Of a DNA stretch of 64,000 nucleotides, positions 1-14,268 are shown one piece after another. The number at the start of each line of letters is the position of its first letter. Position 1 is the stretch's first letter. The DNA is taken from the NCBI RefSeq assembly GCF_006345805.1, contig NC_042998.1, forward strand, positions 113,088,001-113,152,000, given 5' to 3'. Below the pieces are notes generated by a model. That model searched no databases, was not told the DNA's origin, and saw only the letters and a list, made by a program, of their open reading frames with translations. The translations under genes were made by a program, and so were the position numbers. The stretch comes from Octopus sinensis. Lineage: Eukaryota.

Positions 1-27
1 GATTGATTGATTGATTGATTGATTGAA

Positions 28-215
28 GGTGACGAGCTAGCAGAATGCTTAGCAGTATTTCGTCCTTCTTTATGTTCTACGTGCAAATTCCTCTGAGGTC
101 GACTTTCCCTTTCATCCTTTCAGTATCAATGAAATAAATATCACTTAAGCACTTGGGCCGATGTAATTGACTTGTTCCATCCCACAAAGTTTCAGGTCTT
201 ATGCCAATAGTAGAA
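28..215 (+). mobile_element. tRNA-derived SINE, Nin-domain type
   Basis: tRNA-like head GGTGACGAGCTAGCAGAA, then GTCGACTTTCCCTTTCATCCTTTC; same family at ~7007-7215, 19278-19477, 29345-29578, 31645-31817, 39308-39520, 51538-51742. Confidence 0.75.
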
Positions 216-1412
216 AAGAAAAAATAAGATGATTATTCATCTGATTGAGCTACCGTTTCTTTCTCAATAAAGGAAATAGTCCAATACATCCTCAGTTTTT
301 GTAAGTGCAATCAATGATTTAATCACTACTATCATTCAAACAAACATACATAGAAGTACCGAAACGTGGTTAGAGGATAACGGGAATATAAGAATATAAC
401 TAGTATGCCTATTCATTTTAAGTTGTAATTTGTGAACAATACCGCAGTAGCTTACAGGTTTCCATCAGCCCAATCGTTGGTCCATTGTATTTCTGACAGT
501 GAGAGTAATAAGGGGGTGTGTTTAACTTGGGTTAACACAAGGAATTTCGTACTTAAAGCAAGGTTTTTTTTTTCTCGCTAGTGTTTATGACCTTTACTAA
601 TATAGAGCGAAAAATTTACAACTCTGTGTGCGCGCAAACACTTGAGTATATATGTACGTGTTGTCGTTTGTATATAAGTGTATTTGTGTGTGTATTTATA
701 TATTTATGCGACGGACTTCTGCACAGATTCTATCTTTCAAATTCTACATTCCATAAGGTGATAGCCAACTTAATGATTAGATAGACAACACTTGCTTAAG
801 GTGCCACTCGGAACGACGTCATTGTGAAGCGAACTTCTGAAACATGCTATCATGTCATTTGTCTGTTATATTTGGAAATTCCTTTAAATATATTGATGAG
901 ACATTCAAGAAACTGTTTCAAAGAATTCCAAGAGTGTGAAAAACGATATTGAACAAAAAAAAAAGGCGTCAATTTTGAATAATCCAAAAATGTAATATGA
1001 AGTTACCTGTTTAATAATTTTGTTTTCTTTGAATCAAACTATTATTTCCTAGTTTTGCGCCGTCATTTCTTCAAAATACAGAAAACCATCAACAACATCA
1101 TCATCATCATCATCATCAACAACATCACCATCATCTCCATTATCATCAAAATCATTATCATCACAAACAAATTAATATTATATGCTCTGTCTTTCAACCT
1201 CTAAACAATATGAGCCTTAAAGATGCGTTTCTATTTTTTTTACGAGAGCTCCAAATTGTGTTAAAATATTACGTGTTTTTGGTCTGATTTGTAACGCAGC
1301 CGTTCTCGATATTTTCAACAAACGCTTTACTTGTGAAAGTCTTCAAATTATTTTGATTTAAAGCTGATGCCCTAACCGCTTCAGATATGTATTCGTTCTA
1401 AATATCTTTCCC

Positions 1413-1587
1413 ATGATTGGTGGCATTAGGAATCGGGCTTCCATGAAGAAGCATCAAAAACATCAACCCAAGCATGTTGACCCGATGAAAACCGATTCAA
1501 AACGGAAAGAAAGAGAAAGACATTACTGTTGTGTAAGCAACAGAGAAGTACTGTCAAAACGTGATTATGTGGTGTTGAAAACTCTAG
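1413..1587 (+). CDS. TSSK: TSSK-family Ser/Thr kinase, exon 1 (basic N-terminal extension to start of subdomain I)
   Basis: ATG 1413 (alternative ATG 1443); reads ...EVLSKRDYVVLKTL-G; donor G|GTAAGC at 1588; phase 1 joins exon 2 to give the Gly-rich loop LGYGSFSIVK. Confidence 0.85.
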
Positions 1588-1654
1588 GTAAGCAACACGA
1601 GTAACTAAATCTCACAGATTTTAAAGTTTTAAGCATATACATTCGCACATACAC

Positions 1655-1725
1655 ACATACATACATACATACATACATACATACATACATACATACATAC
1701 ATACATACATACATACATACATACA
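1655..1725. repeat. (ACAT)n microsatellite
   Basis: Direct reading. Confidence 0.95.
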
Positions 1726-2239
1726 CACATAACACACATACTCTACAATCGTACACACACACACACACACACATATCACACACATACTAGACATTCTCAC
1801 AAAATGTAAAACACATACTTATTTATTCATACATATACGAAGCCAATGGCAGGAACCTCCACGCAATAACTCACCGTGCTAGAAATTGAGCCGAATCTCC
1901 CTCAAATCACTTTACTGTTTTAAAAAGGAAAGTCTTTGAATGTTATTCTAGAAAAAGACAGTGGTCATATAATGTTTTTAATTATATAAATCTATTCATC
2001 AGGGACGACTTGAGGATCAGCATCTACTCCCTCTCCTTCTCCTCTCTCTCTCTCTCCCCTCTCTCTCTACCTCCCTCTTTCCCTCTTTCTCCGTCTCTTT
2101 CTCCTGCTTTCTTACCCTCCCTCTCTATTTATGTGCCTTCTATGTCGAAGATGATTTCAAAGTTTCAGGTTTCTTCATCGATGTTATTGATGTTTCTGTT
2201 TCTCATGATAGTACCGCCTGATATTTGATACGAATATTT

Positions 2240-4260
2240 GATTATAAAATCGGCGCTGAAGCTTCAGAAGTTGCCCTCGTCCTAAAAGTCGTTGTCGATC
2301 TCTTTCCTTTCATATGGCTCTTTTTCTTCCAACATGTTTATATTAAATGTGATCCACACTAAGTCTCCACTTTTGTATGATTGTCTCCAATTCTTAAAGT
2401 CTTCAACTAGCTTTCTCCATCGTTAAGTTAAATGACGAATAAGGATATAATCTTTATGAAGTCAAGAAAGTGTTTTAGGAATAAAACCCTTAGGTGTTGA
2501 CTTTTTGCAAGTTCAGAGTACAGGATCTGTATGGAAATTATTGCATCCAGTATCCTTCTTACATGCCCTGGCTGTCGGAATCGATGTTTTTCAGCGGTGC
2601 TCTGGATTCTCATGGCCTTTGTTCTTGATAGTAGATCGTTGCTTGCGGCTTAGTCAACACATATGATGATCGGTAGAAGTTTTGTTTGCTGGAATCTCTC
2701 AGTTTGACATATTTGATGCAATCCAAGTCTCACAATCTCAGAGAAGTGAAGTGTAAAGAGTATAAAGTGTATAACAGACAAAACTTATTTCGAGTTTCAG
2801 ACTATAGCTGTGAAAGATATGATGTGAGAGATCTCCAAAGGATTCGTGGGCTGCTCGCACACGGTTGGTGAAGTCATATTTGAATGAACGGGAGTTAAGC
2901 AAAATGCTACTGAGATACGAAAAGGATAAAACGTCTTCAACTGGGTCATCAGGGTCAGTAATATAAACAGGTTTCTTTTCTGCTGTGAGTGAGTTTTGAA
3001 CAAAAGTCATCATTTTTGACATGGTGATAGTGAGGCGTAACATCGCATTAGCGCGAACAAATTACTGGAGGGGATTTATAAATCGAATTCAGTTAGAGAT
3101 GAAACGTTATTGTTTTTCGTATATTACAACTCGTGGATTATGACCGTAAATGTATTAATTTTAGTTTGAAGTCGTAGTAAATTGAGAAGTCCTCCTTCGT
3201 ATGGATATTGAATGGTAATTCCAAGTTCGGATTCACGGTCGATTTTCATCAGTACAGCAATCATATATATTGAAAGCGTGGTGGATGCAAGTATACAGCC
3301 TTCTTTAAAACTACTGTTGATGTTGAATTCAGATAGAAGTTAAACTCCGTATGACACTTGACTTTAAGGCCATTATCAAGTAATTTATTCATTTGGTTAA
3401 AGTGGTATGGACATACGAATTTTCCGAGTACTTTCCACGAGATTTGTCTCGACACTGTATCAAAGGCTTTAAGCAGATCATAGAAGATGAAAAACAAGGT
3501 CGGTTTCAGTTGTTTCCTTGCTTTTTGCTGAAGTTGTTTCACAGTAAAAATTCTGTGGGTCGTGCTCTCTGAGAATAGAAACTGCATTAGGACTGATAAA
3601 TTTACCCATATCATGGTTGAGTCAATTCAGCAATATATGAGACAAGATCTTACCAGTTGATGATAATAGAAACATCTCTGTATAGTTTCCACAAATACCA
3701 CAGTAACCTTTTTAAAGATTCTCAAAATATTGATATACTTAAAGTCATTGTGGACATATTTCCATTCTCATATCTGTAAAATTAACAGATGGCGACGAGC
3801 TTTGCAAGATCTTCCCTTTTTATACAATTCAGTACAAGGAAGGGCTAGGAGTTTTGTTGCCACACATCTGGCAAATGACAATGTCCAGTTGTTTGAGTGC
3901 TGGGAGTGTTGACGGTTTGGAGATGTGATAAGATCGATATGACAGTCATCAGAGGCAAGTGGTGATACCATATCACCACTTGCCTCTGCACCGGTTTTAC
4001 GTTGCTTTGTTATCTATCAAACTATTACTGTCTTAACAAGTTCTTAGATGTCATTGATAGAGCTGAAATTTCTATATATGCTGTTGAACAGCAAAACTTT
4101 GGGTGCTACATGCCTTATTCTACGTATCATTGTGTCACCGCTTTGATATCACTTTGCCTTCATTGCACCATTCCATAGAAGCAGTTTTCTATTGATCTAT
4201 TCGCGCACTGGAGCAAGTGATACTATATCCAATGTGCCGAAATTGCAGTGGTCTTCAGAT
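2240..4260 (-). mobile_element. Degraded RTE-clade LINE in TSSK intron 1
   Basis: Minus-strand fragments IFTVKQLQQKA...FYDLLKAFDTVSR...WKVLGKF (RT), FSYLSSIL and FRQPGHVRRI...ILYSEL (RTE C-terminus); many stops and frameshifts. Confidence 0.8.
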
Positions 4261-5002
4261 AAAAGGTGATGAACAAAAACTTGTGCCTAAGTTTGTTCTT
4301 TTTTTGGGGTGAGTGTATAAAACGTGATGCCAGACAAACTGACTTATGTGCATTTGAAAGCGTTTGCGATACAGAAACGAATACGAAACTACTATTCTGA
4401 ACACTAATAATTCTGAATTATTTCTAATATGTACACCCCACCAGTACACTACTAACTTTTCATTAGAATTACCATCAGATTCTTCGATTAATGCCTTATC
4501 ATCGAAATATTCTACGCACAATTAGTTTCTGTAGTGGGGTATTTTTTGTGTAATGTAAGCGAGGCCGTCTTAACTATCAGTGATAGTGATCTACTTGTTA
4601 ATAAGGTTTCTAGACTGTCGGCATTGGTTAGACGTTGCAATTAATTATCGTAGGATGAGTAGTATACTGGAATGGACGGATATTTTTCTACGGCATTCAT
4701 TTTGACCAAATGTTTTATAGTAAAAAGCTTTTAAAGCTATATTCATACAATCAAAAAGGACTATGGTGGCTCTGTATTATTAAAAACTTAAATGAATGTA
4801 AATGACACTGAATATTTGCAACACAGTAGTAAATATGTAAAATCCTAAAAGTTGTAGATAATCAATTCTGCCTCTCATTCCATGATTCTTATGACATGCT
4901 CTTCCAACCTCTAGATAAGAATGCATCATAGAAGTTGGCTAAAATGCTTAATCTTTCCCCATTAGATTATACAACAATGAAATAATTGTATATTTCAACT
5001 AG

Positions 5003-5304
5003 GTTATGGTAGCTTCTCGATTGTGAAATTGGCTCGCCACCAATGCAAGAAACCTGATTTAGTGGCCGTTAAAATTATCAGCCTTTCAAAAGTTCCAGTC
5101 ACTTACCAAAAACATTTCCTGTCGAGGGAACTGGAATTCTGGCCTAGACTGGATCATCCACATATTGTCAAGTTTTGTGAAACTTTCGAAGAATTAGAAC
5201 GAGTCTATATCGTCCTGGAGTATGTTTGCAATGGAGATATGATGTCTTACCTCCAGAAATTTGGAGCTCTTTCTGAGGCAAAGAGTAAAAAATATATTAG
5301 CCAG
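5003..5304 (+). CDS. TSSK: TSSK-family kinase, exon 2 (subdomains I-VIa)
   Basis: Acceptor tatttcaactag|G; GYGSFSIVK, VAVKII, KHFLSRELE (alphaC Glu), LDHPHIV, VYIVLEY; donor CAG|GTTAGT at 5305, phase 0. Confidence 0.93.
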
Positions 5305-5719
5305 GTTAGTATTTTCTTCATTTCCTTTCTTTGTATTCATTACATATTAACTAATCAATATAGAAATTACTGTAATGCAGTAGTTAATGTATGACCGTAT
5401 GGCTAAGAAGATTTTTTTTTTTTTTGCAATCTTACGGACCCGGAGATAATTGAACTGCAGTGTATCTTGGGTAAAAGCTATGGGTCGTCTCAAATCTTGT
5501 GTGGACACAAAACTTTATAGAAGACCGTTAGATGTACTGTACTTGTTTGACTCTGATCGATCAGACCTACGATCAAAAGCATTCCCGTCACGACTATCCA
5601 ATTTTCCTTTTGTGCACAGAACCCAAGATCACATCATCCAGTCCGGGTTTTTTTCAAGGCGATAGGGTGCTAATTAGCTGTTATTTCTAGTTGGTCGAGT
5701 GAGTATGCATTGGTTCATC

Positions 5720-6950
5720 GGTGTAATGTACATGTTTTCCAGTGATAAACTTAATCTGTCAAAATTGGATCAGAGAATCTATCACCCATGTTGACAAAAG
5801 CTTTCGCCCATTATCGGAACGTCTAACCTCAGAGACAAGCTTATCAGGACACTAAAGTTTCCTCAAAATGTTCTATAAGATATTTCTATTCGCAGTATCA
5901 AAAACCTCAGTCAAATCCACAAAGACTTGATACGGGCTTACCTTCTGCTCAGTGCATCTTTCCTGAAATCGCCTAACAGAAAAGATCGTATCCGTTGTCT
6001 CCCTAGCATTTCTGAATCCACACTAAGACTAAGGGAGGATCTTATGAGCGATGTTGTTGAGAAAACTAACCAGCATGATCCGACACAACACCTTGCCTAC
6101 AACAGAAAAGATATTCTACGGAAGTTTCCGCAGTCGTCCTTCTTACCTTTTCCCTTCAGGCAGCATCAATATTAATCACCTTGGCTGGAGGACCCTTCCA
6201 TTTTTTGGGCCTTAGACTTCAACATGCTAAGCCTATAAATACATTTGGCGCCATACACTATTCACTGTACACAAGTGGGCCGCGAGACAACTGTTTGAAA
6301 ATTTCGTGTAGATGTTCTCTTATTGACCAACCTAAGTTTTCGAAGCACCACTTCTGACCGACACATTGAATTTAGAACTTTTTTTTTATTTTAGCTTTCA
6401 TGTTTACATAATTTCAACGGTTATTTTATGACAAATGTAAAACTAGCTCATTCATATTAGACTCTATGGACCTGTTTCTCGTTTCCTGTCTCAAATTGTT
6501 CTTTATAATGCTAATATCGCTTTCAATCAATCAAAATCCATAACCTGTACAAGCCGCAGGTGCACAACAACAGATGCAACCTTCATCTTTCCCGATCATC
6601 AACCAGCTTCATATATTTCATTATCTTCTTTCTGTTCATTACTTGATATTTCTCAGCTACACAGCTTTCTTTGTGGTCTTCCAATACGCTTTTGGCAAGG
6701 TGTGGATGTCAGGACATGAGCATATTTACTTGAGCTAAGTTGTCGTGGTGTCAGGTCACTTCATTTTCTTCCTTTTAATATTTGATTGAAGAATTTCGAG
6801 ATTTGCAATCTTCGCACTACTTTACATTGAGATTATTAATTTAGTCTTAGTAAAACTAGTGCTTTCTAATGATATTCTTATATTTTGGTCTTCCTGCTTC
6901 TCTAAAATCTTGAAGGAGTCCATTACAATTTTTTGTTTTAAATAAATTTG
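5720..6950 (-). mobile_element. Degraded LINE (RTE-like) RT fragment
   Basis: Minus strand near 5890-5940 reads YQVFVDLTEVFDTANR, similar to RT motif FVDLTKAFDTVNR. Confidence 0.6.
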
Positions 6951-7574
6951 AAACTTGAGCAAAAATCAATGGACTATGCTAACGCTTTAATCATATATTC
7001 TAGGTAAAGGTAGCGAACGGGTAGAATCGTTAGCATGATGGACCAAATGCTTTGCAGCATTTCATCCGGCTTCTGAGATCAAATTCCGCCGAGATCGACT
7101 TTGCCTTTTATCCTTTCGGGGTTGAAAAAATAAGTACCAGTCGGGCACTGGGGTCGATGTAATCGATCAGACTCCTTGAACAAGAATTTCAGGGCTTACA
7201 TCTTTAGTAGAAAGAATTATATGTTTTAAATGAATTAATTCACATGAAATCAACTGTCGAATCAGGGACTAGGCAGAAACGTTAGAATTCACATCTTATG
7301 ATCTATGAACTTGTTCAAATATGAAAAGTTTACTATCATCAAAATATTCCTTCAAACGGGGCACTGGAGTTATCATCATTTATACATCTGTTTTTCTATT
7401 GTGGCATTGGTTGGACGGCTCCATTTTAATGCAGTGTCTCTCTACTTGTGAGGTCCAGTAGTCTGAGACTAGGCCATCGCATTCACTTGCTCCCGAATTT
7501 TCTTCATCTTCCTCCTCCGAAGGCTCCGTCATTACGGCGTTTAACGCTTTTTATGTAAATCTTTTCTTTGACCG

Positions 7575-7822
7575 TTTATCTTTTCTTCGTTTAAGTCATT
7601 AGACTGCGGCCATGCTGGAACACCGCCTTGAAGATTTTTATTCGAATGAATCGACCTCAGTAGTTTTTATTACTATTTTTTAAAGCCTAATACTTATTCT
7701 ATCGGTCTGTTTTGCTGAACCGTTAAGTTGCGGGTACGTAGACACACCAAAACCGGTTGTCAAGCAATGGTGGAGGATAAACATGCACACAAACGCACGC
7801 GCACACACACACACACACACAA

Positions 7823-7867
<45 letters not shown>

Positions 7868-8075
7868 GAGAGAGAGACATGTGTGTGTGTGTATACATAG
7901 ACATATATATATATATATATATATATACGACGGGCTTCTTTCAGTTTTCGTCTACCAAATCCACTCACAAGGCTTTGGTCGACCTGAGCCTATAATAGAA
8001 GAGGCTTGCCCAAAGTGCCAGGCAGTGCTACTGAACCCGGAACCATGTGGCTTGGTAACAGACTTCTTGCCACAC
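7575..8075 (-). mobile_element. tRNA-derived CORE-type SINE with internal microsatellite
   Basis: Reverse complement of the family seen at 14485-14878. Confidence 0.75.
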
Positions 8076-8312
8076 GAGAAAAGTCTCCCCATTGAATATT
8101 GCCCAAGTTACATTTTCATAGTAAATTTACTTTAGTTTCCTTTTTCCTCGAGTGGTTTGTGGGGTTTTATTTTGTTTTGGAGTTTCTTTTTTTTTTAGAA
8201 AATTTTATTTTTCAAAAATTTTCTTATGATAAAGATTAACATTAATAATTAGTCCAGACTTATATTTACATTGTGTCGAATAAAAAATAATAAATTTCTG
8301 TTTTTTTATATA

Positions 8313-9201
8313 GGAGGTCTGATCAATAAGTATCCGGACTTTTGCCATAGTAACAAAGCTAAAGCACGCAGAGTGAAGCTGGTTGGGAAAGGCTGACTCT
8401 GCTGTGCACGAGCACTAAGTTTTAACGTTCTAGATCACTTCTGCTGTTTACAGCAGTGCTTGGAATGGAGGTGAGTAGCGTGTGATTGTAGCATTGACTA
8501 TGACAGAGAAAGTTGTCATGGCGACACCTGCTCAGAGACCTACGCAAAGCTGCAGAAAGTGTATGGAAAGGAGTGTATTAGCCCCACATAAGTGTACGAG
8601 CGATTCAGACATTTCCAAGGTGGCCGAAAAACTGTCGATATTGACGAACGTTCTGGGAGACCAGCAACCAGCAGAACTGAGAAAAACATCGCAGATGTGC
8701 GTGCAGCTGTGAGGGGAAATCGTCGAATCACCATCCGTGAGTTATCAGAGAATGCACAGATTAGTTACGGTTCAGCTCAGTCCATTATCACTGAAGATTT
8801 GGGTATGAGACGCATGTCTGTCAAGCTTGTGCCAAAGCTGCTTTCAGCTGACCAAAAAGACATTCTGGTTTCAGTTGCACAAGATCTCCTAGATTGTGTT
8901 GAGAACGATAAAAACTTTTTGAAAACTTTGCGTAGGCCTCTGAGCAGGTATCTCCAAACTTTTGGTAAAAATTTAATGCACGTTCTATGCTCAACTTTTT
9001 CTGTCATTGTCAATGCGACGATCACACGCTACGCACGTTACTTCCAAGCACTACTGTATAGAGAGGAAGCGAGCTAGAATGTTAAAACTTACTGCACATG
9101 CACAGCAGAGTTCAAGGTCAATCTTTTCCAAGCGGCTTCACTCTGCGTGCTTTAGGTTCGTTACTATGACAACAGTCTGGATATTTATTGATCAAACCAC
9201 G
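8313..9201 (+). mobile_element. Mariner derivative with two left ends (inverted 5' duplication)
   Basis: TIR GGAGGTCTGATCAATAAGTATCCGGACT after TA and its inverse ending at 9201; N-terminal HTH (ERSGRP, RRITIRELS, LVPKLL) on +; second transposase start MTEKVEHRTCIKF on -; no catalytic domain. Confidence 0.85.
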
Positions 9202-10819
9202 AACGTGTGTGTGTGCGCGTGCGCATGCGTGTGTGTGCGCGCGTATGCGTGTGTGTGTACCTGCGTACGTGTGTGTATGTGTGTGTGTGTATGTGCGTGC
9301 GTGCGTGTGTGTTGAGTAACAGGTTGACTTAGCACCTTATGTTACTTAAAGTTTCGTGAACATGACAAAATACGATCAGTTCCCTGCATATTCGAAAACA
9401 AAATGGAGGACGAAATGGCTTATTGTAACAGAGAGAGTGACTTGCATGTTACATCACTGCTTTGTACGTAGCAGGGTACGTAGTGGCTTTTATATTACAG
9501 AGTGAGTTTAACATCCGGTAGTCAATTACGGTGACGTGAGTGTAACGACATTTCAGCGACAACAGATGAATGCCGCTTTGTCAGTCAGCGTGTGGTGTTC
9601 GATGTTATTGGGTGATGATGGATCATATAGGCCGACATGCATAGCCGGATGGTATGTCGAGATTATCGGGAGCACATCTCAACATAGCAGAGAGTGTGCA
9701 TCCTTTTCAAGGCCAGAAAATGCTTCAGACACCGTCAACTAATAATAATCCTCGATAAAGATGAAACCTCTTAGTTCATTGCTCCCATAGGTGTGTCAGT
9801 GTTGCCACTATACATGCACTTACACTGCAACCAAAGAAAAAGCTACCCAAATAATAGGCATGTAATCACTCACTCAAATCTCAGTCCAACACACTCAAAC
9901 TCCTGGCCCATGGAGGTGTTGTTTTCTCTCTGAAGTTTCTACCATTACAATAGAACACCTCTATTCCCCAGAGCAGGTATTCCACCTCGACTCAGATCTT
10001 AAGGCGTCACTCATTTATCCTTCGTAGATTAACCACTATACCTAGTTCTTCCTTACAACAGTGTGCACCTTTTCGAACTTCTTCCCCACATGTTTTTGTA
10101 TCTTGCAACACTGTTCCAGAGGTACATTAACTACGTCAACCACACCATTCATGGAGGACTTGCGAAAACCATCACCACCAATCAACCAATCCAATCAAGC
10201 AAAAAAAAAAATCTCTACATTAAATCTATCGGACATTTATATAAAAATATATCAGCATAATGTAATGAAAAGATATAAAAAATATCCCTACATAAAACCT
10301 TTCACATACACTCAAAAATCTCTACAAAAGTATATCATAGATGCAACCAAGAATATTTCTACATAGAATATATCATACATGCAAACAACTTTCTCTAAAG
10401 GAAATATAAGGGACACCCATACAAAAATATATTATACATAAAAGGCACAAACGCTCAGTAAATTATATATATATTACACGCTTGATATCGCTCTACATAT
10501 ACAAACACACAAACACACACACACACATACACACAAAAACACACACACACACACAAACACAGACACACATACATACACACACGTATTACCCTATCCAATC
10601 CGCTGTACCACTTCAATTTTATACTCCTTCCTGTAACTTGAGGGTACGCCCCAACATATCCTCTTCACCATCTCCCTCCTTCTCTCTCTCTCTCTCTTTC
10701 TCTCCCCTCACCTTTTTCCACCTGGAGACACCTCTTTCTATTCCTCTATCATGCTCTAACTTATCACCTGACACAAACCCATTTTCCTCAGTACTGCTCC
10801 CCACCCAGTTTGTCTTAAA

Positions 10820-11950
10820 ATTATTTGAAGGTGAAGATGTGGGTTTGCAAAGGTAAGCCTCCGTGTTTAATCAGGTCGAGAGGGATGTTATCTGGCCCTG
10901 GAGACTTCTTTAATCTCATCCGCTTCAGAGCTTGCTTGAATTCATGAAAAATAGGCTTCCCAATCATCCACAGCGGAGGAGGATAATCTGGAATGTTCCT
11001 CAAGAAGTTCTCAGCTGCATTCCAGTTTCTGTTTAGGAGGGTGGAAAATGTTTCCTTCCACCATAGGAGTATGTCTTATGCATCGTCCAGGATGTTTGTA
11101 TTGTCAGATGCTAGAAAGGATCTAATTGGTGTTCGACATAGAAATCTATGAGGTCATCTGCATCTGCATAGCCCTGAAGTTCGGCTGCTTTTTCTTTCCA
11201 CCAGATGTTCTGTAGTTCTTTTGGTTTTTGTTTGACACTTCAATTTTAGCTTCTGGAAACCGTTTACTCTATTACTTGTTTCAGTCATTTGACTACGGCC
11301 ATGCTGGAGCACCGCCTTTAGTCGAGCCCAGAGCTTATTCTTTGTAACCCTAGTACTTATTCTATCGGTCTCGTTTGTAGAACCGCTACGTTACGGGAAC
11401 GTAAACACACTGGCATCGGTCGTCAAACGATGTTGGGGGAACAAACATACACACAAACATATACACACGCATAAATATACATAAATATACATATATGACG
11501 GGCTTCTTTCACTTCCCGTCTACCAAATCCACTCTCAAGGATTTGGTTGGCCCGAGGCTATAATAGAAGACACTTGCCCAAGGTGCTACGCAGTGGGACT
11601 GAACCCGGGACCATGTGGTTCGTAAGCAAGTTACTTACCACACAGCCACTCCTGCACTTATGTTTTTTTTTTCTTTTTTTAGTCTGGATCTTCGGTCTTG
11701 TTCATGAGACAGTCGAGCATTCTGTTTTTGCTTCAGTCAGGTTGTTGATTTCAATATTGTTTTCATCAAACCAGACCTGCTATTTGGTCTTGGTGAAGCT
11801 GACGATAGTATTTGCTGTTTCTGTGACTATATCGCGAATCATTAGATTGGTCGTTTACTGGATTAGAACTAAGATCCTGACTTATTTTGGCTTCAAAGGT
11901 GGTTGCGGTGTCAGGGTTCTGGAATTTTGAGATGTCACATTCTCTACGAG
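10820..11950 (-). mobile_element. RTE-clade LINE fragment interrupted by a CORE-type SINE (~11263-11657)
   Basis: ALKRMRLKKSPGPDNIPLDLIKHGG (pre-RT motif); SINE nested inside. Confidence 0.75.
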
Positions 11951-11989
11951 TTTGTGATTGATGTTGCATTCTTGGTATATTACGAATAG

Positions 11990-13136
11990 TGATTCACATG
12001 CGTGTAGGGAAAAGGCTTCAACCAATACATACATACATCAAGACTTGGAAGGCAACTACTTGAGCAGCATTCCTTGTCTTATAACCTTAAATACATGCCC
12101 AGAGAAGTTGCACGACTCTACTACAACATATCATCAGATGAAAGGATGGGCGTATATGAGCAGAAGACAATGCATGGATATGTTAGTAGAAAGTTCCGAG
12201 ATGATGATAACATTGATCATCAAAGCAGTCTATCATGGACCAACGACCGGATTACTACTTCCCACTTTGAAACAGGGAATATCAACCAAATACCTGTTGC
12301 ACAAAAGGGGCAGAGATGCAGGAAAAGCAGTAAAGTGTGACAACTGATGCAGACTTTATAGATTTAACACCGAAGATATCACACACATCAAATGCAGTTG
12401 TCTTAAAATGTCATCACAGTTTTATTTACTAATGGGACATGATGTTGTGGCTAGGACACTGTATAACAAGATCTGTCGAAAGGATAACTCCGAGGACAAA
12501 GAAATAAGAGCCCACAGTATGGTAGAAGCCAGAGCCACTCATAATGAAAAAGTGTACTGATGGAATGTCCCAGTGAAAACCTCAGTAAAATGCAAACACA
12601 ATGAACCTGATATAACGATTTGGAATAGAGAAGAAAAACCGTGTACAGTTGTAGAGATCAGCTGCCCAGCGGATGTTAAAATAAAACTGAAGATCAGTGT
12701 AAAAGAGAATACCTACGCTGGACTATTGAGAAATCTACAGTTATTCTATCCAGATTACAAGTTCAGGTTTATACGTGTAATTATTGGGGTACTAGGATAT
12801 GCAACACACTGCCTAAATACTAATCTTGAGATATTAGGCTTCTCAAAACCAAGGAGGAAGCTTATTCGAAGACTACAGATCCAAGCCATTACTGAAACTG
12901 TAAATATCTGTAAAACTTTCCAGAAGTTTATCATTTAAGTATATTTGAGCATGTATAGATATACAAGTATATGCCTGAGAAGATATACATAAAACAAAAC
13001 ATACAAATCTACACGTATACATACATACAAAAATACCCTGCAGTGAAAGTTGAAATTCCAATGAAGGAGCCTTGAATCTAGGTTAGAAACCGACTCTTTC
13101 TTTATTGGCAAGAAAACTTGAAATAAAACTGAATAG
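11990..13136 (+). mobile_element. R4/Dong-like non-LTR retrotransposon 3' fragment (restriction-like endonuclease), degraded
   Basis: HDVVARTLY, WNVPVKT...NEPDITIW, VVEISCP, KENTY, VIIGVLG; 3' end GAAATAAAACTGAATA. Confidence 0.8.
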
Positions 13137-13475
13137 TGACGCATACACACACGCGCACACGCGCGCGCACGCACACATAGCGGTGAGGGGCTTCTTTCAG
13201 TTAACGTCTTCCATATCCACTTACAAGGTTTTGATTGGCTTGAGGATATAACAGAAGACACTTGCCCAATATGCCATGCATCGTGACTTAACCCAGAAAC
13301 ATGTGGTTGGCAAGCAAACCTCTTACCACATAGTCACGCCTGCGCGGGAAAATTCATTCTGCTTATGACTATTTCATTATAACACTATATTGAAGTTTAA
13401 CCATATATTAATAATTAAGCTCTTAAATTCAATGGATGTATTCTATAGTGCTTTTAGACGTATGAAATACGGACA

Positions 13476-13516
<41 letters not shown>

Positions 13517-13574
13517 TACACACCAGCATCAAGCGGTGGTGGGGAGGGGAAAAACAAATACATACACACAGATA

Positions 13575-13990
13575 TACATATATAAAATTGGCACAATAAC
13601 GCAAAACATCCAGACAGTTAGGTGATACAAAAAAAAGGGACAACAAAACATCCAGATAGACGATACAAAGAAAACAAGGACGGGGCATTCGGAGTTTTCT
13701 TTCCTCAGTCAAGTTCAAGATTATCTTTGCAATTTCGGCTGGTTATACTCGAGATTGCTCCAATCTGGCCAGCCCCACGGAAAAACTAAGCTAAGAGCAT
13801 TAGATTCCTTGGAAGAAAGCAGCGAATGTATACGAAAACAAGGACGAAAAAAAACGGAGAATGTTACACAAATACAAATAACATGACACAACAAAAGTTG
13901 TCTTTCGACTAAGGACAAATTAAATTAAGCTGGCGTGTGTGGAATAAGATTTGACAGGCACAGGAAGGAATATAGATGTTGCACGGAGGG
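13575..13990 (-). mobile_element. Possible Penelope-like terminal-repeat relic
   Basis: Minus strand has stem GGCTGG...CCAGCC directly followed by GAAA, but no intact CUGANGA core. Confidence 0.35.
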
Positions 13991-14144
13991 TTTTTTCAGT
14001 TTCCATCTACCAAATTCACTTACAAGGTTTTGGCCCACCTGAGAATATAGTAGGAGACACTTACCCAAGGTACCACGCAGTGACTCTGAACCCGGAACCA
14101 TGTGGTTGGAAAGCAAGCTTCCTACCACACAGGTACGCCTGCAC

Positions 14145-14189
<45 letters not shown>

Positions 14190-14268
14190 ATATATATACC
14201 AGAGTAAGCAGATGAATGAGAAACAAGGTGGGAAAATAGTACTCAAACACCGGACGTAGAGTAAGATG

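Noticed and set aside
5305-5394. ORF continuation VSIFFISFLCIHY after kinase exon 2
   Set aside because: Intron read-through past the GTTAGT donor
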